Shown: positions 31,978-39,139 of the stretch, piece by piece
Layout of the letters: each line of letters opens with the position of its first letter
Position numbering within the stretch: the first letter of the stretch is position 1
Source of the DNA: Trichomonas gallinae
Lineage: Eukaryota
DNA length: 39,139 nt
Direction of reading: 5' to 3'
Assembly (NCBI GenBank): GCA_008369845.1
Contig: MRSU01000103.1
Coordinates: forward strand, 1 to 39,139
Position numbers and translations under genes: made by a program
The notes under the pieces: model-generated
Seen by the model: only the letters and a program-made list of their open reading frames with translations
Told to the model about the DNA's origin: nothing
Database searches by the model: none

Positions 31978-33390
31978 TTAATTTTCTTTGAATTCAAACA
32001 TAGGAATAGTGTATGTACCATTGAGCTCAATGATTGTAGTTGACGGATAATTTCCTGGTTCTTCCAAAAGTAATACATCAGATTTAGAAACTGAATATCT
32101 ATAATATGAAACATTTTGAGAATTTGCAGCTAAATAACCGCTTTGTAAGCCTTCGAATCCGCTTGGAACAAATTCGAAATATTTTCCTTTATTGACCCAA
32201 AAAGCGAGGCCAGTTGCCGAACCAGATGTTGCAAATATGTATTTTGCATGATAAATTGCGTAAATTACTTCAACTTCTGACGTTTCTGAAATATTTAAAA
32301 TGTGTGGATCAGTTTTGGAAATGCTTCGAGCTATTTCATTCATATTTGTAAAGTTAATATGAGGATTAGTGCCTTGTAAAATGATGCAATCATGCTTTTC
32401 ATATGTTTTTTGATTAATTTTTTCAATAATCATTGATTTTAATAGCGTTCTTGCTTCCCACGATGGATTAAGACGCTTTATTGATCCTTTGTCAACACAA
32501 GAAATGTTTTGGCCGATAACTGGAATAATATTACCAAATATTTTTGCAAAACTTGAATTTACAACATAATTTGGTGCTCCAATCGCGAATATGTTCTCAC
32601 TGGTTTCACTGTTGTTAACGAGTGTTGCAAGTGGAGAAGCAACGTTATATATCGTTTCCCAAGAAAATGGATCGAAATTATTGAATGAAACAATGAGATG
32701 AGAGCCTGGATAAGTAACATTGCCTTCTAGGTTATATGGAAGAATTACAGATGTGTTTTGCATCGAATTTGACGTAGATCGAGTAATAAAATGTGCATAA
32801 TCAGATAAAGTCATAAAAGGAGAAGGGAACTTGACGTCATGCAAATATGTGTAGAACATAGTGTTAGAGTTGAAGCAAAACCGAGTTAAATCGCATTCTC
32901 GAGATTTCGCGTCATTTCCTGTGCAATGGAATCCTGTCAATGTATTATTCGATGGAGTTAAGTTTGTGAGGTTTGTTTCATATACTAATGTTTTGGCTCT
33001 GTAAAGTTTTGCTGTTACATTTCCAAAAAATGGATTTAAGTAGTACCAAGTGACATTTTTGTTGGGATTGTAATCATTGAGGAGTCTTGTTCGTGGTTTG
33101 AACGTTAAACCGCCCTGAGTCAAATGCATTTTTGTGTGGAAATAATGTTCTTCGAGAGAGATGGGAAAAATGTAGTCAACATACATATTTAGCTCTACTA
33201 AGTTGAATTCATTAATATGAATCGAAACTTTCTTAATATTTGTTAATTCAGTTCGATTTTCTGGCAATCTGTTTAATTCTATTGCATAACTTTTCTCACA
33301 AAGCATTGTAGCAAACGTGAGAAAGAGAAGGCTGATAAATATGTATGGTTTTAATGGTAATTTACTGAGATCAATAACAATTTCATTCAT
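31978..33390 (-). CDS. type II membrane protein, glycosyltransferase family 61-like
   Basis: N-terminal TM, FHC...RECDLTRFCF, and AKYIFATSGSATGLAFW...FEFVP aligning by eye with the GT61 HGA region. Start set at 33390 because the upstream in-frame extension is a repeat array. Confidence 0.65.
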   Translation of the reverse strand: MNEIVIDLSKLPLKPYIFISLLFLTFATMLCEKSYAIELNRLPENRTELTNIKKVSIHINEFNLVELNMYVDYIFPISLEEHYFHTKMHLTQGGLTFKPRTRLLNDYNPNKNVTWYYLNPFFGNVTAKLYRAKTLVYETNLTNLTPSNNTLTGFHCTGNDAKSRECDLTRFCFNSNTMFYTYLHDVKFPSPFMTLSDYAHFITRSTSNSMQNTSVILPYNLEGNVTYPGSHLIVSFNNFDPFSWETIYNVASPLATLVNNSETSENIFAIGAPNYVVNSSFAKIFGNIIPVIGQNISCVDKGSIKRLNPSWEARTLLKSMIIEKINQKTYEKHDCIILQGTNPHINFTNMNEIARSISKTDPHILNISETSEVEVIYAIYHAKYIFATSGSATGLAFWVNKGKYFEFVPSGFEGLQSGYLAANSQNVSYYRYSVSKSDVLLLEEPGNYPSTTIIELNGTYTIPMFEFKEN

Positions 33391-33396
33391 TGATAT

Positions 33397-33522
33397 TTTA
33401 CATGTCAAAAAATTCTTTACGTGACAAATATATTTACATGTCAAATAATATTTACATACCAAATTAATATTTACACGTCAAATTATAAAATTTAGTTATC
33501 AAATTAAAATTTAGTTATCAAA
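33397..33522 (+). repeat. tandem array of seven 17-21-bp units (TTTACATGTCAAA and variants)
   Basis: TTTACATGTCA, TTTACGTGACA, TTTACATGTCA, TTTACATACCA, TTTACACGTCA, then 2x TTTAGTTATCA. Confidence 0.85.
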
Positions 33523-33765
33523 AATCAAATGCTAATCTATCTTCTAAAAGAATATCATTGGTATAGTTCGATGTATTTTTTATAGTAGTAGCACATATCA
33601 GTAGAAAACTGTAGAGTTACGCTGCAGAGTTGCCAGTATAGAAACACTTATAGCTCAAATTCAAGGCTGTTCATTATCAGTTTTACTATTTCTGCAAGTC
33701 CTTATATCAGATAATTTGGATTTTAACTCAATTATTCCAGATTTCTACAAAAAACTTTTATTTTA

Positions 33766-34197
33766 ATTTACTTCTCTGATTCGCTTATAGAGGCAATGTT
33801 TCACGTCCCTACAATGATGCCAACGAGAGAAAATGACAAACAGCAGATCCAGAAGAAGAAACATGTCGGAAATGATAATGTTTGCATTGTCTGGAATGAG
33901 AATTTAGACATTCCATGGAATACAGGTACAATCGTTTCGCAATTCAATAATTTCCACGTCGTTGTTTATCCGCAGAATGAGAATCTTCTTTTTGTTGATG
34001 TCAGAAAGAAAGTTGACTCATATGAAATCGGCCCAATTCGCTATCCAATGCTGCTAAACACAAAAATATGTGGAGAATTATCAAGATGGACTGATGTTCT
34101 TTCTGACTTCTTGATTCGTGGATACTTTAACCTTCTCGATATACCTCATCCGAATGTTGTTCAGAAGATCCAAGATTTACTGAAATACGGAGCTTAA
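33766..34197 (+). pseudogene. Rap/Ran-GAP domain C-terminal fragment (RalGAP/tuberin-like), 5' truncated
   Basis: IYFSDSLIEAMFHVPTMMP...KKKHVGNDNVCIVWNE...SQFN. Similarity begins before the ATG and no upstream domain portion is present. Confidence 0.7.
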
Positions 34198-34681
34198 TTA
34201 ATAGTATATGTATAATTTGTTTTTATTTGCTTGTAAATAGACATTAATTTGAAAATTTTTAATCAATATTCATAATAAGGGATATTGCAACTAATTAAAC
34301 CTTATTCTCAAGATAAGCATCATTAGGCAAAATTCCCATGTGATTTTACACGATAGAACGTAATATTAAAGTAATATGAAATGCTTAATATGTCATGTAA
34401 AATTATTTTTTGTTATGTAATTATTTCAATTTGAAGAAATTTTGTATTTTTTGACAATTTACAAAGCAATTTTTCAAATTCTAATTCTTCAAATCATAAT
34501 ATATCACATGAAAGAAAATGATGGATTTTGAGCAACCAATTAGCATCTAAGCATAAACTGAAGATATTTTTCTCTGAGATAATTATAATCTGATGAGTAG
34601 TAAACGAGTTATGATGGAAAATACTATTTGACATTTGTCAAAAATTTTAATTTTTTTGACATTTTTCAAAAAATATATATC

Positions 34682-35197
34682 ATGGATGATCTTACGCAAA
34701 TCAGTATTCAAGGAATGTCAACGTATGGAGATTTGAATATGGAGAGTCAAGCACTACCTACTATGAACTCTCAGGCTGATAATAAAAAGATAAAGAGGCC
34801 GATGAACGCATTTTTATTGTTTTGTAAGGATAAAAGACAATCAACGCGCGGTGAAAACCCTGATATGAAAAATGTCGATGTTTCACAAGTTCTCGCTGAA
34901 CAATGGAAGAATCTTGACGACGCACAAAAATTACGTTATCGTGCTCTTGCAGCAGAACAACAGAAAGCATTCAAAGAAGAAAATCCAGATTATAAGTACG
35001 AAAAAGCCAAGGCGAAGCACCTATTAAATCGTCAAAAATTAAGACCTGAATTCAGGCACATTACAAATGTTCTCGATGTTAAGACGCTTCTTTCTATGAC
35101 TGTCGATGATGCTAAAGCATACTTGCTTTTCCTCACAACACAAACTGTTCCACAAAATCAAGTTAATGATCAACTCATTATGAATACGTATCAATAA
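34682..35197 (+). CDS. HMG-box protein (SOX/MATA-type box)
   Basis: KIKRPMNAFLLFCKDKR...NPDMKNVDVSQVLAEQWKNL...NPDYKY; first ATG at 34682. Confidence 0.92.
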   Translation: MDDLTQISIQGMSTYGDLNMESQALPTMNSQADNKKIKRPMNAFLLFCKDKRQSTRGENPDMKNVDVSQVLAEQWKNLDDAQKLRYRALAAEQQKAFKEENPDYKYEKAKAKHLLNRQKLRPEFRHITNVLDVKTLLSMTVDDAKAYLLFLTTQTVPQNQVNDQLIMNTYQ

Positions 35198-36122
35198 TGC
35201 ACAAAGTGCATCCCAATTTTCAAAGTGAACTGTAGTATTCACATGTATTTGACAATAATTATTTGATTGAATTGCGTTCATGAGAATTATCACACAACTC
35301 ATTGTGCTACATCATGAGCACAGTCAAAACATACGCATATGCATATTATAGGCTCATTAAATCAAAAGTTTTCAAAATCTGAACTCATAGAATAAGTTTT
35401 GCTTATATCTGCTCACACTATATAGAATAATACTTCCATTCGATGTAGTTTTTGATATACAACCAAAATATATATGCATTGGGTTTTAGAGTAATAAAAA
35501 TTTTTATCTATATATAATATAATGAAAGTTTTTAGACATCTGCCGATTATTATTGTTGTTAACAGAAAAACGCAACAAACACTGTTCATAAATTGATTCT
35601 CATTCTGAGAAAAATCACTGTGTCAAGAGCATTACTGATCTATTGCACTTCTTGAGACTGAAACCTGACCAAAATTGCATTCTTTAAAATGCAAAATGTT
35701 CTGTACAGAAATTGGGAACGAAGAAGAGAAGGGTTTACATGTCAGATTTGGCACGTATCTAAAAGTGACACTATAGACAGGGGCGCATCCATATCTGTCA
35801 CTTTTCAAATGATTTTGAAACTGCATTGTGTAATAAAATACTAAATTTTGTAGATAAAGAGTTTGAAGAAATGTAAGAAGATAGTGCCAGCGTCAGATAT
35901 GACACGCATATGATCTTCTTCTTGATAATCATCTTTTTGGAGCTCTTCTTGTTGATGTTTTTCTTCTTGACGATCTTCTTTAAATGGTTGTTAGAAATAT
36001 GATTAGTAAATTGGCATGTGAAACTGTTAAATGCTGCTGGAGGTAAGTACTAGTTGGTTGTTAGAAATAATATATGGCTCATTAAAAAATGAACGTTTAC
36101 TTTTTTTGTTAAATTTATAAAA

Positions 36123-36681
36123 ATGGAATATAAGGATCCAGGTTTTCAGAACATCGAAAATAATCATGCAGAGCTACTGACATCAATGTTCATGGACCAA
36201 TATGATACTATTGATTTCTTTTCTGAAAATATACTACACGAATCAGAATCTTTCCCATTAATTGAGGTGTTACATAACATTATTAGATCAGACGAATGTT
36301 TTGACGTGTATTGCTGATAAATAGACGATATAGAAGTTGTTGATCTATGTAGATTGTTTATTGCCCGGTTTGAACTTCCAAGACAAAGATCTTTATGAAA
36401 AAAATTTCATGTTGTTGTTCTTTAATTTAGCAATTGTCGTGGATGAAAGCGTGTACCATGGTATAGGCGAAATAACATCGCAAATTCTAGGAGATTTGTC
36501 TTTCTTATTTTTATCATGTTTTGTTCTCATGATACCTCAAGTTGGAACTCTAGAACTTCAATTGACTATCAAAGAAGAGCTCCAATCAGAACTTGATACA
36601 TATTTAGAATGGTATGAAGCAAAAGAAGATGAAAAGGAAGAAAATACGAGTCAAGCAGGTGACACTAAAAGACCTTATTAA
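36123..36681 (+). pseudogene. disrupted hypothetical ORF, possibly transposon cargo
   Basis: Two adjacent acidic ORF pieces (36123-36317 and 36337-36681) in different frames, ending just before the left inverted repeat. Confidence 0.4.
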
Positions 36682-36689
36682 AAAACAAC

Positions 36690-36755
36690 ATTATATATCT
36701 ATATTTAAAATGAAATTAAGTTTTTGATCGTATGGTTATTTTCTTTTCAAAAAAA
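36690..36755 (+). repeat. left arm of inverted repeat flanking the tyrosine recombinase gene
   Basis: Core 36718-36755 matches the reverse complement of 37723-37760 at 35/38 positions; outer ATTATATATC...AAAATGAAA also matches. Confidence 0.9.
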
Positions 36756-36801
36756 GTTAAATAATTTTCACTTCACATTTGAAATGACTTTATTTTTAAA
36801 A

Positions 36802-37673
36802 ATGCAGTCCTTCGAACAATACAAACAGTCTGCAGAACTAATTAAACAGAACTCACTGCAGCCCAACTCAAGGAATATGTATGATACATGCCTTAAACAG
36901 TATCAGAATTTCACAAAAAAAACTCCAGTCCTTCCCTTTAACGCCAAATAAGATAATTCCATTCTTCGAATTCCTACGAAAAGAGAAATGCTACACTTAT
37001 AAAATAATTGCCAATTACTTGCACAGTTTCCACAACTATTATATTACCCATCCTGATTCTTACACCCAAGATCCAACAAAGAACCTTGAAGTTAAGCAAT
37101 ACATGATCGGCTTGATCCGCACCATGCATGGGGGATCACCCCCGAATCGAAAAGAATCTGTCACAATTCGACAACTTGACCAAATATCAGAAATAATCAA
37201 TTTAAATAATGACAAAGAAATACGTGATATGGCATTAATGTCTTGTCTATATTCTGCATTTTTAAGAATTTTGGAAGCATTGAATCTCAAATTTAGCGAT
37301 TTTAACTGTAAAGAAGATTTTCTTATCATCCTTATCAGATTTTCTAAAACAGTTCCAGATGGAAAAGGATCCAAAGTGTTCATAAGGAAAACTGATTCTC
37401 CTCATGATTGTCACAAATGGGTAACCCTTTTCTTTTCCAAATGTCATTTTGCACCCGATAAAATTTTCCCAATAACACCATGCACTGCCAACAAGCGTAT
37501 TCATTTGTACTTACATCGAATTGGAACCAATGGAAAGAAAATTTCTCCCCTTTCTTTCAGACGTAGTGGCGCATTGTTGTCAAGACTCTTCCATCAAAGT
37601 TCATAGTAGATGGAAGAGCTATTGCTACCGAATGTATACTTCATTATCTAGTGAGAAGCTGGCACTATTATAA
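36802..37673 (+). pseudogene. tyrosine recombinase (phage integrase family), two frameshifts
   Basis: N-terminal NSLQPNSRNMYDTCLKQYQNF, frameshift in the A8 run 36915-36922, then AFLRILE (R), RFSKT (K), PLSFRRSGA (HxxR with His replaced). A second shift gives IKVHSRWKSYCYRMY (W, catalytic Y). Confidence 0.88.
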
Positions 37674-37722
37674 CACCAAATTTATGAATAAAAATTATTT
37701 TTGACGATTATTTCGAATTCAA

Positions 37723-37785
37723 TTTTTTTGAAAAGAAAATAATCGTATGATCAAAAACTTTTTCATTTTGAATGCGATATATAAT
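37723..37785 (-). repeat. right arm of inverted repeat flanking the tyrosine recombinase gene
   Basis: Reverse complement of the 36690-36755 arm with few substitutions and small indels. Confidence 0.9.
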
Positions 37786-38199
37786 TGCAATTTTAATTAT
37801 ATTAATTGTTGAAATATCCGCTGCCTCATACAGCCGAGACTTTGCTGGAGGAACCAGAAGTGCATGTGTGGGCAGCAGGAAACAACAAGAGCGTTAATAA
37901 AGACAGAGGAATCTGAGCAACGAGTACAAGCAAGTCTCAAAAGACCAAAAACATTACAGAAGCTATTTACATATCAAGCGACACCTAGACAATACCAAAA
38001 AGAAATTTGGCGAATCCTGTCCTGAAATACAATTCATCGTATATTAATGGAGTTGTATTGTTCATGCAGCCTTGGAAAATATACGTTTCAAAAGTCAGGT
38101 TGGTAAAAAATTTGATAACCCTCATAGAATAATTCATTGAGTAGTATTGAAAAAGTTGTCACTTTTCAGATCTGACTTATGAAACAACAAAGTGTTTTA

Positions 38200-39070
38200 C
38201 TAGATATCATGAAGTTTACCAACACTCATGTATTGCAAAATAGTATTAAAATCTTCGTTTCTTTCATTGAATACATTCGATATTTGCTGATCATGAAGAA
38301 AGTCTTTAATATTCATACGAGCTTTAAATTCTGAATAATTTTCATATATTTGCATTATAATTGATTTAAGTTGTTGATGAGCAGCTCTAAGAATATTGTA
38401 TGCGTTGGTAAATTTAAGATCTTTCACTAAATTAATAATTTGATCGTGAAAATCCAAATAAAATGTCAAAAATTCTGCGTGTGGTAAGTCTTGCATTATA
38501 TACTCATCTAATTTTTGTTCTGCCCTTATCTGCAGCATTTCTAAATGAGGGCGAAGTTCGTCTATGATCGATTCAATTGCCTCCTTTTGCAATGATTTTA
38601 GTCTATGTCGTTGGTCAACAAGAATTTCATCCACAAGTGCGATGTGCTCAGTCAAGAACTGTCTTCCTTTCGCTTGGTTACGAAGAAGATCATTTATCTG
38701 TGCACCCTTGCGAAGAAAGACTTATTTACAACGACGATGAAATGAATCAATTAAAGCATTGATTGTTTTGAATGGAATTGTATCCCAAATAAACTTTACT
38801 CGTCTAAATAATTCTTCTGCGTTTTTTGGATTTTTCTGGTATCTGTAAAGTCTCTTTTTAATGATTGCCTATACCATTTCAATCGGATTAAGACATGGAC
38901 TATTCGCTGGCCATCCATAATAAATATTAACGCTTTGTAGAAGCTGTTTAATTGGAATATCTTTCGTGTGGCATGGTGCACCATCTTGGACAAGATACCA
39001 GTTTCGAGAACCAAACATTGAATCAGAAGTTAGTAATAAGAAATTCGCAGTACAATGGATTCACCATTCT
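38200..39070 (-). mobile_element. IS630/Tc1-mariner DD34E transposase pseudogene with long C-terminal extension
   Basis: Single frame: WYLVQDGAPCHT...GWPANSPCLNPIEMV*AIIK...WDTIPFKTINALIDSFHRRCK*VFLRKG, continuing into ORF 38200-38655. D at 38983-38985 and E at 38878-38880 are separated by 34 residues. Confidence 0.88.
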
Positions 39071-39139
39071 ACTTCGAATTTCTAAAAGTGTCATTAGTAA
39101 AGTTCACAAATTCAAAAATTGACGTTTGTAAATTTCTTA

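Noticed and set aside
33397..33522. CRISPR-like array
   Set aside because: Units are short, degenerate and directly tandem without unique spacers; eukaryotic context and no cas genes.
36802..37673. DIRS/Ngaro retrotransposon
   Set aside because: No gag, reverse transcriptase or RNase H sequence is recognisable nearby.
38796..39014. 72-aa ORF as a real gene
   Set aside because: It is an alternative frame over the transposase catalytic core.

Overview
AT-rich, gene-dense, apparently intron-less eukaryotic DNA. The style points to Trichomonas vaginalis or a close trichomonad: BspA-like LRR genes, TCAY(T/A) initiator and AAAGTGAC motifs next to ATGs, TAAA signals overlapping stop codons, and many ankyrin and other gene relics. 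The organism is inferred, not proven. Recognisable genes are an alpha/beta hydrolase, a divergent uridine phosphorylase-like protein, two BspA-like proteins, POC1, DENR/Tma22, TRM5, a PMT mannosyltransferase, Sec10, a Bacteroidetes-type steroid 5-alpha-reductase, an AAA ATPase, a GT61-like protein and an HMG-box protein. The most notable region is the right end (about 36.1-39.1 kb). It holds a decayed tyrosine recombinase gene enclosed by about 70-bp inverted repeats, facing a decayed IS630/Tc1 DD34E transposase whose catalytic core the ORF track misses. That pairing resembles ciliate Tec-type elements. Other highlights are a bacterial-type zinc-ribbon relic directly behind the 5-alpha-reductase and a strongly enriched promoter-proximal 11-mer, TTTACATGTCA. 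All family calls come from motif recognition by eye; no searches were run.
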